Source of the DNA: a virus
Direction: 5' to 3' (one strand)
Length of the DNA: 45,616 bases
Virus record (IMG/VR): IMGVR_UViG_3300005056_000006
Below, piece by piece: positions 33,078 to 42,662 of the stretch; the first letter of the stretch is position 1, and each line of letters begins with the position of its first letter. The position numbers and the translations under genes are program-made. The notes under the pieces were generated by a model. That model had not been told where the DNA came from, ran no database searches, and saw only the letters and a list, made by a program, of their open reading frames with translations.

Positions 33078-36000
33078 AACTTAAATGTTGTTTCAACTGT
33101 TGAATTACCACTTCTTACAATGTGTTTTGCAAGCCCTCTCATATTGTCGAAATCAGACCCCATGTAAATGGGCTGTTCTTTTATTGCTTTTAATATCTCT
33201 TTATTACTGTCAATCATTTTTTGATACTCGTTATTTATCTTAGAAGTGTTTCCGAAGTCAACTCCCGTATTATTTGAGTTTAGAGCAAAAGCAAGTAAAC
33301 CGCTATCAGCTGCCTTTCCTAAATCAACATTAGATATACCGTTTAATTTATCGTTTATAACCTCTGGAACAACTCGTTCGTGTGGGTGTAGAATAGCTTT
33401 AAATCCTCCTTTGTTATCAATACCTCCTCCAGAGCCAGTATCTTCTGTTCCATCATAAAAAGCAGGTAATGTAGATGCTGCAGCAGTAAGAACAGTAGTC
33501 GAAACAAGGGCTTTTGCAAGAGCTTCTCCTGTTGTTGTGCCAGGTACATCTAATTCAGCATTAAACGCCTTAATAACTGCTAATGCCAATTGAAATTGCT
33601 TTTCTTTTTGTGCTAACTCCTCTTTTTTCTTAACAGCTTCTGCTTGGTCTTTTTGATTTTGTGCCAAACTATCTTTAGCATCTTGTTGACCTGAATTAGC
33701 TAAATCTTGTAATTGTCTCTCTCTCTTTTCTTGGTCGCTTATTTCCTTGTCAGCCTGTTCGTTTCTCTTTTGAAAAGAGTTTGTTATTATTTCTTCTGCA
33801 ACAGCAATAGTTTTTTCTAGGACATCACTTCTTTCGCTTGAGTTTTTCTTGAACTCGAATAGACTTTCTATATCAGCTTTTAACTTCTCAATTCTTAACT
33901 CATCTTCCTTCCTTCCTGCAAACTCTAATAAAGATAATTCAGCTTCTAATTGCTTTCTTTTTATAGCTATAAACTGTTTGCCTTTTTCTTTTTCAAATTC
34001 TTCCTCGCTTTTAAATCCAGACCTTCTTTGCTCAAATTCTGCCTTTGAAAAATCAGCCTCTTGCTTTATTCTTCTTTTTTGCCTTTCTAATTCTGCGTTT
34101 AGCTCGAAGTCTTCAAGCCTCTCAGTTTCTGCAACTATTAATTCATTCCTTTTGTCCCCTTCAATTCTTGAATTAGTCTCTATTTGCTTTATAATCTTGT
34201 CGCTTTTCTCCTTCTCTTTTGCAATTCTTTTATCTGTAGTATCTTCAATTAAATCTAATTCTATCTTTTGAATCTCTTTTAAACTTGAACTAACTATCCT
34301 TTTCAGCCTGTCTAATTCTTCCTTTTCAACATCAAACTCTATACTCAACTCAAGTATTCTATCCTCCGTTGTAGCTCTTCTAATTTCTTTATTTAAATCA
34401 CTAAGTATTTTAGATTGTTTTTCTATTAAACCTGTTAACTCTCTTTTTGCAGCAACATTTCTATTGGTTGATTCTGTATTTTCATCTAAATCTTTTGATC
34501 CTTTTTTAACTTCATCATTAACTATCTCTAGTTTAGATAATAATAATTGATTTCTTTTTATTCTTCGTTCAAGACCTACACTTCTCAAAACGTCAGCTCC
34601 TTTTAGTGCTTCAAGGTCTTTTTTAATCCTTTTTGATAGATTTCTAGATATTGTTTCCTGAGTTTTCCTGTCTTTTTTAGTGAAATTTTCAGCTATTCTG
34701 TCAGTCTCTTTTTCTATTAGTTCATCTATTTTTGAAAATTGACCCTCTAGTATTTCGCCTGCAGGACCTGCAAACTGTGCAAAAGCTCTTACTAAGTCTT
34801 CTCTTGCTCCTATTGCTCCATTTTTAAGTTTGCTTAGGCTTACAGAAACCTTGTCTATTGTGTTAATTGCATTTACAGCACCACTAATAACGCCTTTGAA
34901 CATATCGGACAATACCCCTTCACCATTCTCTATATTTATTAAAAACTTTTCAAATGTAGAATCCAATATCTTTAATTGGGCATCCATAGACTTTAACTGC
35001 TCGTCTGTCAACTCTTTTAAAGCTCCTTCCGAAAGGTTGTCAAACTCATTAGCTAATTCTGCAACTCTATCTCTGTTGTTTGCCAATATAATACCTAAAG
35101 AGGCTGATTCACCTCCAAAATCTTTAGCTGCTATTCTTAATAATTCAGAGCCTTTTGCACCTTTTTCTTGTGCTTTGTTTATCCTATCTAAAGCACCTTC
35201 TAGCGTTTTTCCTTCTTTTGCAAGTTTAATAAAAGAACTATTCAGCAATCTACCCGAACTAGCTGCTTTTTTTCCATTATCAACTAAAACACCGAGCATC
35301 GCTCCAGTTTCCCCTATCGAGATATTCAATACATTTGCAGTGGATGAAACAAAACCTAAAGAATCTTTTATTCTTTGAAAATCTAAAGAGGTACTAGTTC
35401 TCATTTTTGCAATTACATCTGCAAATTTTTGACCAGAATCTGCACCTTTTCCAAATGCATTTAACGTACTTACTAATAATTCTCCTGCTTCATCGGATGT
35501 CGCTCCTAATGCTATAGATAAATCGTTTGTAGGCTTTAATAACTTATTTACTTCTGCTCTTGACTTTCCTAAAGAGAATAGAGTTGTTGCTAGTTTAGCG
35601 ACTTCGTTAGATGTCTTGGTAGATGATCCTGCAACGTTTTTTATTACCTCTTCTGTACTTGATAGTTCTTTTCTTGTAAGTCCAGAGATTCCCGCAACAT
35701 TTGCCATCTCTTTGTCAAACTCTCTCACTCTATCGAAAGCATTTTTAAACGCTCTCCCTATGCTTAGGATAACACCAACAACACCACCACCCAGTAAGAT
35801 AGTTTTTAAAGATGTTCCGACACCTCTTAATGCTAAAGAGTATCTACCAACATCACGCCTACCGTCTTTAGCAGATTTATTTATTTGTCTTAATTCTCTA
35901 TCTAACTTATCGAATGAAACTTTAGCATTTTTTGCTTGAACGGAATTTATACCAAACTCTGCGGCTAATCTTTTAAACGTTATTTGTGCTTTGTTAGTTT

Positions 36001-36406
36001 TGTCGGTTAGTCTTGTGAATGCATTAGATAGTCCTAAAGTTTCTTTAGCTAATTTAGCCTTTTCTCTACGCTCGAATATTAATTGTTGTTTTATTACTTC
36101 GTTTGCTTGAGATTGTTTTGTTCTGCTATCTGATAATCTCTTTTCTAGTCTTATTCTTTCTTTGTCTACAGCATTTAATCCTGTTAGATTTTTTTTAACT
36201 TCTTTCTGTGCTGTACTTAGTTTCTTTAAATCAGATACTCGATTACTTTTTAATCCTGTTGAGAATTGTTTTTGAAGCTTCAAGTTTTCCTTGAATACTT
36301 TCGTCATTTCTTCCAATACAACAATAGTATCTTTAGCTGACTTTTCAACGTCTGAAAATACGTCCTTTTCGGCTACATCTGTTTTTTTAATCTTGTTGCT
36401 TGCCAT
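33074..36406 (-). CDS. Tail tape measure protein
   Basis: 1110 aa with long coiled-coil K/E/L regions. Follows the overlapping chaperone pair. Confidence 0.85.
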   Translation of the reverse strand: MASNKIKKTDVAEKDVFSDVEKSAKDTIVVLEEMTKVFKENLKLQKQFSTGLKSNRVSDLKKLSTAQKEVKKNLTGLNAVDKERIRLEKRLSDSRTKQSQANEVIKQQLIFERREKAKLAKETLGLSNAFTRLTDKTNKAQITFKRLAAEFGINSVQAKNAKVSFDKLDRELRQINKSAKDGRRDVGRYSLALRGVGTSLKTILLGGGVVGVILSIGRAFKNAFDRVREFDKEMANVAGISGLTRKELSSTEEVIKNVAGSSTKTSNEVAKLATTLFSLGKSRAEVNKLLKPTNDLSIALGATSDEAGELLVSTLNAFGKGADSGQKFADVIAKMRTSTSLDFQRIKDSLGFVSSTANVLNISIGETGAMLGVLVDNGKKAASSGRLLNSSFIKLAKEGKTLEGALDRINKAQEKGAKGSELLRIAAKDFGGESASLGIILANNRDRVAELANEFDNLSEGALKELTDEQLKSMDAQLKILDSTFEKFLINIENGEGVLSDMFKGVISGAVNAINTIDKVSVSLSKLKNGAIGAREDLVRAFAQFAGPAGEILEGQFSKIDELIEKETDRIAENFTKKDRKTQETISRNLSKRIKKDLEALKGADVLRSVGLERRIKRNQLLLSKLEIVNDEVKKGSKDLDENTESTNRNVAAKRELTGLIEKQSKILSDLNKEIRRATTEDRILELSIEFDVEKEELDRLKRIVSSSLKEIQKIELDLIEDTTDKRIAKEKEKSDKIIKQIETNSRIEGDKRNELIVAETERLEDFELNAELERQKRRIKQEADFSKAEFEQRRSGFKSEEEFEKEKGKQFIAIKRKQLEAELSLLEFAGRKEDELRIEKLKADIESLFEFKKNSSERSDVLEKTIAVAEEIITNSFQKRNEQADKEISDQEKRERQLQDLANSGQQDAKDSLAQNQKDQAEAVKKKEELAQKEKQFQLALAVIKAFNAELDVPGTTTGEALAKALVSTTVLTAAASTLPAFYDGTEDTGSGGGIDNKGGFKAILHPHERVVPEVINDKLNGISNVDLGKAADSGLLAFALNSNNTGVDFGNTSKINNEYQKMIDSNKEILKAIKEQPIYMGSDFDNMRGLAKHIVRSGNSTVETTFKL

Positions 36407-36941
36407 TCTCTTTTTTCATTAACTCTAAATAACTATAAAATTCCATTACTGAAATTTCTTTAACGTCTAATCTTGTACCTAAATACTTATCGATGTAACT
36501 CTTTACTTCATATAGATTATTGTTTCTTTTTTCTTTTGTTGCATTTATTACCCTTGTCTTTAATATGTTTATTTGAGTACCTAAAAATTTATTTCCTGTT
36601 ATTCCTCTCTCAATCTCTAGTTCTAAAATCTCAACCTCATTGTCGAACAATTTATTGAACTCCTCAGATACTCCAAAAACATCAAAGTAATTTTGTTGTA
36701 AATTTTCCTTTATTCTTTCATTATAAGTTACTACACTTAATAACTTTAACTTTCTTACATATTCGCTATTACCGTCTAGTACTTCCCACCAATTATAAAT
36801 ACTTATATCATCTATAGATTTATAACAGAATTTTGCGTACTTCTTGAACAAAAATTGGTCTAATAAAGTCAATAAATCTTTGTAAATTTTCTTCCGTAAG
36901 TCCGATAATTTCTTCACCGAATTTTTCAAATAAGTTAGCAT
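36387..36941 (-). CDS. Tail assembly chaperone, downstream frame (T-like)
   Basis: Overlaps 36820..37281 by 122 nt in another frame, immediately upstream of the tape measure. Confidence 0.5.
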   Translation of the reverse strand: MLTYLKNSVKKLSDLRKKIYKDLLTLLDQFLFKKYAKFCYKSIDDISIYNWWEVLDGNSEYVRKLKLLSVVTYNERIKENLQQNYFDVFGVSEEFNKLFDNEVEILELEIERGITGNKFLGTQINILKTRVINATKEKRNNNLYEVKSYIDKYLGTRLDVKEISVMEFYSYLELMKKENGKQQD

Positions 36942-37281
36942 CTTCTTTAATTGGATTTGCAGTTAATTTAATTCCATTAGTTTCTAAGTCAGCACTAATA
37001 CTTTTATAAAAATCTCCAGTATCAAACAAGTTAAATGGTTGTCCTATCTTCTTTTTACCACCACTTAATTTAGCGGTTAAAGGACTGTAACCTGTTCTTT
37101 TATTACCTTTAGCATCTACATAGCTTAATTGCTCACCTTCTCGATCAATACTTGATTCTAATTGCTCTTTATTTAATGTTTCAACGAAATTCTGAACAAC
37201 TTCTTTTTTGAAAACACTATCTAAGACAACATCTAAATTAATAGATGCTGCCCTATTTAGTATCTCAAATTCAAGTATCAC
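36820..37281 (-). CDS. Tail assembly chaperone (G-like)
   Basis: 153 aa. Position between the major tail protein and the tape measure. GTG start in the track. Confidence 0.55.
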   Translation of the reverse strand: MILEFEILNRAASINLDVVLDSVFKKEVVQNFVETLNKEQLESSIDREGEQLSYVDAKGNKRTGYSPLTAKLSGGKKKIGQPFNLFDTGDFYKSISADLETNGIKLTANPIKEDANLFEKFGEEIIGLTEENLQRFIDFIRPIFVQEVRKILL

Positions 37282-37451
37282 TTCTTAGATTTACTCTCTT
37301 CAATAAATCGCTGCACTTGTTGCCAAGCTGCATCTTGATTTACCGTTAAGAATTTACCCCAAGTAGATTTAAATTCATCTTCTTTGAATTTTTTACAAGT
37401 AGAAAGTGTAAACACAATACCACCTATCTTTTTTTCTCTAGAATTTGCCAT
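37278..37451 (-). CDS. Small ORF (57 aa)
   Basis: Hand-translated: MANSREKKIGGIVFTLSTCKKFKEDEFKSTWGKFLTVNQDAAWQQVQRFIEESKSKK. Fills the gap after the major tail protein. Confidence 0.4.
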   Translation of the reverse strand: MANSREKKIGGIVFTLSTCKKFKEDEFKSTWGKFLTVNQDAAWQQVQRFIEESKSKK

Positions 37452-37454
37452 ATC

Positions 37455-38348
37455 TTATAAAGTATGTAATGTAACTGAATCTTCTAATCCTGTTTTAGAC
37501 ACTGTTATTTGCATAATATCTGTTAATGTTTGTGCTGCAAATGTTAGTACGTAATTACCAGGAGTTGGCTCGGTAACTAATGTAATTGTTACGGCTAAAC
37601 TAGTAGATGTATTGAATGCTGTAAAGTCAACCAATACAAGACCTTCAACTTTATCTAAATCGTTAATAAATCCACTTCCGTTATCAATAGTTAAACCTAA
37701 TGTAGTAGTAGAAGTTGCTCCTGTTGTTACTCCAATTTCTAATAAACCTTGCTTTCTAAGTAAATTCACTCCAGAAGCAGGATCTAAAACAACTAAGTTG
37801 CCATCGATAACTAAACTAGAGAAATCAAAAGAGATTTGAATTGAACTCGATTTTTGTGTGTCAGAACCCCAAACGATTATTGCAGCGTAAGTGTTGGCTT
37901 CAACCTTGATAGGCTCAACGAAACCTGCTGTGTTTTTTTCTCCAATTACACGCCCATTTTCATCAACGATAAATACGCTCATGTCTACATCTTCCCAAGC
38001 TTCTAATTTTTGAAGTATTGCAGAAGTTCCACTCGGCCTAGTGAATGTTGCTGTACGAATACCATCTCTGTTAAATTCTCTTGTTCCATCTGGATAAGTG
38101 AAAAACTCGTTTTCAGCTCTCTCTGTTGTTACTGCTTTTAAATCCATTAAAGGATACCATCTATCTAATTTAGATGAATCATTTATATTTGCATCTATAA
38201 TTAAATCCGTTAAAGGGATTGCAGGATCAATTGAAGGAATATTTCCTGCTTGATTGGTAGATGAAACCAATATTAATCCTTTTGCTTTTGCTAATAGTGC
38301 TCTACAGTTCGATTCGCCTGTGTTGCCTAAACTTGATATACAACTCAT
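37455..38348 (-). CDS. Putative major tail (tube) protein
   Basis: 297 aa, T/S/V-rich. Directly upstream of the chaperones. Preceded by the conserved double-hairpin leader. Confidence 0.5.
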   Translation of the reverse strand: MSCISSLGNTGESNCRALLAKAKGLILVSSTNQAGNIPSIDPAIPLTDLIIDANINDSSKLDRWYPLMDLKAVTTERAENEFFTYPDGTREFNRDGIRTATFTRPSGTSAILQKLEAWEDVDMSVFIVDENGRVIGEKNTAGFVEPIKVEANTYAAIIVWGSDTQKSSSIQISFDFSSLVIDGNLVVLDPASGVNLLRKQGLLEIGVTTGATSTTTLGLTIDNGSGFINDLDKVEGLVLVDFTAFNTSTSLAVTITLVTEPTPGNYVLTFAAQTLTDIMQITVSKTGLEDSVTLHTL

Positions 38349-38388
38349 TTTTTTAAAGTTTTAGTTTGTTAATTATTATTATTTATTT

Positions 38389-38423
38389 GAAGCACAGCTT
38401 CTTAGACTTTTGAACACAGTTCT
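38389..38423 (-). promoter_or_regulatory. Conserved double-hairpin leader motif, copy B (before the major tail gene)
   Basis: See copy A. Confidence 0.5.
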
Positions 38424-38433
38424 TATTTTTAAT

Positions 38434-39642
38434 TTATATCTCTTCTGCAAACTCGTATGTTACACCACCCTTTGTTGCTCCTAAATTTTCTCGGTGCATT
38501 GTGAATATAAACATATCTCCAGGCGTTTGATAAATACTCGTTCTCCCTTCAAATAACGCAGAAGTTGCGTAAGTTCTCTCTTTTCCAACCCTACAAGTAA
38601 ATATTAAATCAGCCTTTGCAGTATCAAATGATAAAGTTCCCGCTGTTTGTGTCATTTCGATTGTTTCTAAATGTCCATCGCCTATATCAGACCAAGAACT
38701 ATTACCTTCTGTGATTGCTGAAAAATCTCTTGTAACCCAAATTCTACAAATTGACTTTTCATCTGAAAAGAAACTCGCTAACAACGATAAAGTATCTCTA
38801 GTATTTATTAGTCCTCCAACGGTTAATTTACTTCTAACCGCAACAATTGGCTGATTCGCACCTGTATATGCTGATTCTCCTACACTATTAGTTATCCCAG
38901 CAGACCCGTAAGTTTTACCGTTGGTTTCTCCGTTCTCGCTTGTAACATCTACACATCCGCATTGAATAACTACGTCATCCCCTTGATTCTCACATTCAAA
39001 TGCAATAGGATTTGCTGGATTAAACATCGTAAGCTCCGTTCTTGTATTTAAATATGTAATTGTTTTGACTAGCTCAAGGTTTATAAAAAATTTATAATTA
39101 CCTACACCACGCCATTGCATCTGAATATCAAACAAATTACCTTTCGATAAATCAACACCAATAGGTATAGTTATTTCATGCTTATCATCAACTGTACCAC
39201 TAGCCGTTGTAGTCGTTCTAACAACTGCATAAAGAGTTCCACTTTCTAAAGAAAAGAAAGCTCCTGATTCGTCAGTAAAATAACCCCATCGCCTATTACC
39301 TAAAGCCGATACGGATGGTAGGAAAGCTGATATTGCATAGTGAAAACCTCTATTTGGTTCATATCTTGGATTTCTAAACGTTCTTAAATATGTTAAATCA
39401 CCATTGGTTGCTCCAGAAGTTAAATTCAACTTCCCGTCAATACTTGATGCATTAGTGAATGATGAGGAAATAACACTATTGATAGTTTCTTGCCAAGTTG
39501 TTACGGGTACATTATAAGTAAACATTCCGTGAAATATAGAATTGTCTAAAGCTACTTTCGGAATCCCCCAAGCTGTACGTCCTAAGTCATTTGTCGCTAA
39601 ACTAACCTCGTCTATATTTATATTTAAAGTAGTATCTGCCAT
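38434..39642 (-). CDS. Virion structural protein, function unassigned
   Basis: 402 aa, beta-rich. TAATG-coupled to the upstream ORF. Confidence 0.55.
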   Translation of the reverse strand: MADTTLNINIDEVSLATNDLGRTAWGIPKVALDNSIFHGMFTYNVPVTTWQETINSVISSSFTNASSIDGKLNLTSGATNGDLTYLRTFRNPRYEPNRGFHYAISAFLPSVSALGNRRWGYFTDESGAFFSLESGTLYAVVRTTTTASGTVDDKHEITIPIGVDLSKGNLFDIQMQWRGVGNYKFFINLELVKTITYLNTRTELTMFNPANPIAFECENQGDDVVIQCGCVDVTSENGETNGKTYGSAGITNSVGESAYTGANQPIVAVRSKLTVGGLINTRDTLSLLASFFSDEKSICRIWVTRDFSAITEGNSSWSDIGDGHLETIEMTQTAGTLSFDTAKADLIFTCRVGKERTYATSALFEGRTSIYQTPGDMFIFTMHRENLGATKGGVTYEFAEEI

Positions 39643-40460
39643 TAGTTTAAGTTAATTATATTAGTACTAGCTGAATCCCAAACTTGATTATATATTTCTG
39701 TCCCATTTTGGTTAACTATCATGTTAAATGTTGTTGGAATACAAACTGTACACGCTCCATTCCCTCCGCTTATCACGTTGAAAGGAGTAATTCCGTCAGA
39801 ATCTATTATAGTCGCATCAAGACAAGGTGCTATAAGCGTACAAGCTCCTATTCCTCCACTTCCAACTTGAAAAGTACTTACACCGTCAGAATCTGTTATT
39901 GTAGCAGGGTCGCAACTAAATGAAACCGTATCGAAACAACTACCATCATTTGTATATTCTATTTCTAAAGTGAATTTCACTAAGTGCGAACTGCTTATAT
40001 CATCTAAAAACTGAGTGTTTTTGAACGTTAAACCGCTATAAACATTTGCTATTCCTGTTTGAATGTCTTTAATCTTAAAGCCTACTGGCATATTCTCAAA
40101 AACAGATTGTACTTGTCTCTGAAATTCTGCGTCTGCTCTATGTGTAATACTTGGATAAAGCTTCTTTAGATTAGCTTGGAATATAACACTAACATCTACT
40201 GTTACGTTATCAAATTCATCTACAGCCTTGTTATCTCCCAGTATGAAGAATGATGTTAAAAAGTGTCTATCGTCATAATAAACCTCTTTATAATGTCCAT
40301 TCTTTAAATATAATTCGGGGCTTCCATCATTTACATAAATACGCTCATAACTCTCGTACTTAGTAAATCCATTCGCCAATAAGTCATTATATAAATAGCC
40401 TTGAATATTCGCTATTACAACGTCCTCGTTAACTGGTGATATTTTCTGATTTAAAGCCAT
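39642..40460 (-). CDS. Virion structural protein with a tandem Cys-containing 30-aa repeat
   Basis: 272 aa with TAATG coupling on both sides. Confidence 0.55.
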   Translation of the reverse strand: MALNQKISPVNEDVVIANIQGYLYNDLLANGFTKYESYERIYVNDGSPELYLKNGHYKEVYYDDRHFLTSFFILGDNKAVDEFDNVTVDVSVIFQANLKKLYPSITHRADAEFQRQVQSVFENMPVGFKIKDIQTGIANVYSGLTFKNTQFLDDISSSHLVKFTLEIEYTNDGSCFDTVSFSCDPATITDSDGVSTFQVGSGGIGACTLIAPCLDATIIDSDGITPFNVISGGNGACTVCIPTTFNMIVNQNGTEIYNQVWDSASTNIINLN

Positions 40461-41536
40461 TATGTAAGCGTTTCGATATAAAGTCTATCGCCTGTAAAAT
40501 CTTGTTTTAATTTGTCTATTTCTTGTTTTATGTCGTCAATGCTTCTCATTAGCTTACTTCTTAATCCTGTAATCTTAACGAATCCTGCACCGCCTTGCTG
40601 TCCTTCAATTTCTTGTATTATTCTTATCGTAATCTGTTCTGCGTTTCTTTGATCTGCATTACTTGTCATTGCAGATAAATACTGTGATAAACAACTTATT
40701 TGTAAGTCGTAAGATATTGCCGTTGCAAATAACTTTTCATTTTGAATAATTATATTTGAATAATCATTGTAAACTTGAAAATCTACATTTAAGCCATTAG
40801 CTAAATCTGTATTTTCAACTTTAGTCAAATCAAACAAACTACTTCCAGAATGATTTTCTACTATTATTTGGTTAACGTTAATATTATCGTAACAAGACTC
40901 TACGCTTGAATTTTCATAATTTCTTTTAAAAGGTGTTATAGCTAATCCTGTTGAGATATAACCAATGTAATACTTTCCTTTAAAATATATGTCTGTGTTG
41001 TCTAACGTCCAGTTTAACACCTCTTCTTGTAAATCCGAAGTGATTGTAATGTTCTTAGTTTGTATTGCCGTAGATGTAGCTGTATTAAATAACAATAAAT
41101 CAAAACTACCTGTACCACTAAATTCTAATATAACTCTAGGAATGCTTAAGGACACATCATTTTGATTCGTTACTTCAACCTCATAACCTACAAATCCATT
41201 AGGTAAAGCTTCTAAATCTATTTTGTTGTTCGCATTTCTAAATATTAAACTTTGCTCTAAAAAAGAACCCTCATTAAATACCGAAGTACATACACTAATA
41301 ATCGAATCCTTTTGCTTATCCTCTAAATTAGTATTAAAGTCAGCATCAGAAATATCGATATAATCCTCAGTAGCTTTTAGAAAATCTAATTTAACTAAAG
41401 GATTATCATTTATAATTAACCCACTACGACTAACTAAGTTAGCAGCCGTTAAAGTAGGCAAAGCAGGATTGTGAGGTTGCCGAAACCCGACAACCCCATA
41501 AACCTTCTGCTTTATTTTATTAATGTTAAACATCAA
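40460..41536 (-). CDS. Virion structural protein, function unassigned
   Basis: 358 aa. Begins 9 nt after the capsid gene stop. Confidence 0.55.
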   Translation of the reverse strand: MMFNINKIKQKVYGVVGFRQPHNPALPTLTAANLVSRSGLIINDNPLVKLDFLKATEDYIDISDADFNTNLEDKQKDSIISVCTSVFNEGSFLEQSLIFRNANNKIDLEALPNGFVGYEVEVTNQNDVSLSIPRVILEFSGTGSFDLLLFNTATSTAIQTKNITITSDLQEEVLNWTLDNTDIYFKGKYYIGYISTGLAITPFKRNYENSSVESCYDNINVNQIIVENHSGSSLFDLTKVENTDLANGLNVDFQVYNDYSNIIIQNEKLFATAISYDLQISCLSQYLSAMTSNADQRNAEQITIRIIQEIEGQQGGAGFVKITGLRSKLMRSIDDIKQEIDKLKQDFTGDRLYIETLT

Positions 41537-41545
41537 AAATATTAA

Positions 41546-42577
41546 TTAAACAAAAGCAAATGCCATCATTGGCGTTTCTCCTGCCGTACTCATAGGAGCA
41601 TGAACATAAGCAACATCAACTGAAAATTCACTTTCCAATTTAACATCTTGTAAATAACCTCCAATTGAAGAAGCATCCGCACTTGTTTCGTAAGTGTGTA
41701 CAGCATACTGTAATGCATCAATAGGATTAATCAATGATCCAAAGTTTGCAACAGTTGTGTTAACACCTCTTACGTTTTGAATCGGAATCCAATTTGGTGC
41801 AGCAACTGAGCCATCAGGAACTACAATCCAATAACCTTTAGCATATGCAGAAACTAATCCAGCAGCAGCAGCAGTTAATGTAATGTCATTTACAAACGTT
41901 ACACCACCCATTTGGAATGCTGTATTTGTTGCGTTTGTTGCTCCATTTGCAGCCAACACTTTGAACTTGCTAAATGCGATAGGGTCACAAACTACTGTAT
42001 GTCCGACACCTTGATATTCGTTAATGTCCATAATAGACTTAGTAACGTCAATTGCAGTATTACCATATAAAGTTTCTGTAATCTCGAAAGTGTCATCTGT
42101 TGCATCAAATGATCCAAATGATGTTGATACGTTTACTCCCGAACGATTAGCAAATAAATAACCAGAAGCAGCAGCTTCCAATCCGTTTGCCATGTTAGCA
42201 ATAAAGTTTTCCATTTTGTTTGCATGCATATCTTCTAGAGACATTACTTTGTTATCCGCTTCTTTCAAAGATGATACAAACTTGTCTGTATAAGTTGCCC
42301 ATGTTGGTGTTAATACTCCAGAATCTCCCTGAACTCCTGTATGATTGTGCGATCTAGCACTACCTAAAGCTCTAAGTTGTTTAATATCGTAATTAAACTC
42401 TGTTACTGGTTTATCCTCTCTGTCTCTTGTTTCAGAAGCCTGAGGTATTAATAATGCTGTGTTTCTTAAAAACATCTTGTGTACTACTGGTTCTCTAAAG
42501 CGTAACTCAGCAGCATTGAAGGCTCTAGTTATCTTTACTTGAGATTTTACTAGTTTAGCCGTGTCAAAATTTGCCAT
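41546..42577 (-). CDS. Major capsid protein (HK97-fold type presumed)
   Basis: 343 aa, A/G/T/V-rich, typical size. Has its own promoter box and long leader. Confidence 0.6.
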   Translation of the reverse strand: MANFDTAKLVKSQVKITRAFNAAELRFREPVVHKMFLRNTALLIPQASETRDREDKPVTEFNYDIKQLRALGSARSHNHTGVQGDSGVLTPTWATYTDKFVSSLKEADNKVMSLEDMHANKMENFIANMANGLEAAASGYLFANRSGVNVSTSFGSFDATDDTFEITETLYGNTAIDVTKSIMDINEYQGVGHTVVCDPIAFSKFKVLAANGATNATNTAFQMGGVTFVNDITLTAAAAGLVSAYAKGYWIVVPDGSVAAPNWIPIQNVRGVNTTVANFGSLINPIDALQYAVHTYETSADASSIGGYLQDVKLESEFSVDVAYVHAPMSTAGETPMMAFAFV

Positions 42578-42612
42578 TTGTATTTTGGTTTTAATGAATG
42601 AAAATTGTTAAT

Positions 42613-42648
42613 GAAGCACGGCTTCTTAGACTTTCGAATACAATTCGA
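42613..42648 (-). promoter_or_regulatory. Conserved double-hairpin leader motif, copy A (before the capsid gene)
   Basis: 30 of the first 34 positions are identical to 38389..38422. GAAGC-N3-GCTTC plus a second stem with one compensatory change. Confidence 0.5.
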
Positions 42649-42653
42649 TGGTA

Positions 42654-42661
42654 CAAATATA
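42654..42661 (-). promoter_or_regulatory. -7 box TATATTTG upstream of the capsid gene (no -33 TTG)
   Basis: Motif match. Lies downstream of terminator 42712..42742. Confidence 0.45.
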
Positions 42662-42662
42662 C

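Noticed and set aside
33246-35939. Plus-strand ORFs 33246..33458, 33849..34271, 34830..35378 and 35616..35939, plus the minus-strand alternative-frame ORF 33355..33549, all within the tape measure gene
   Set aside because: They are embedded in a single 1110-aa ORF. Their S/L/F/P-rich translations are the expected antisense or off-frame products of a K/E/A-rich coiled-coil gene.
36820-36941. Canonical -1 programmed frameshift (X XXY YYZ) between the chaperone ORFs
   Set aside because: Frame arithmetic shows the downstream ORF is +1/-2 relative to the upstream one. No in-phase heptamer of the -1 type would connect them.
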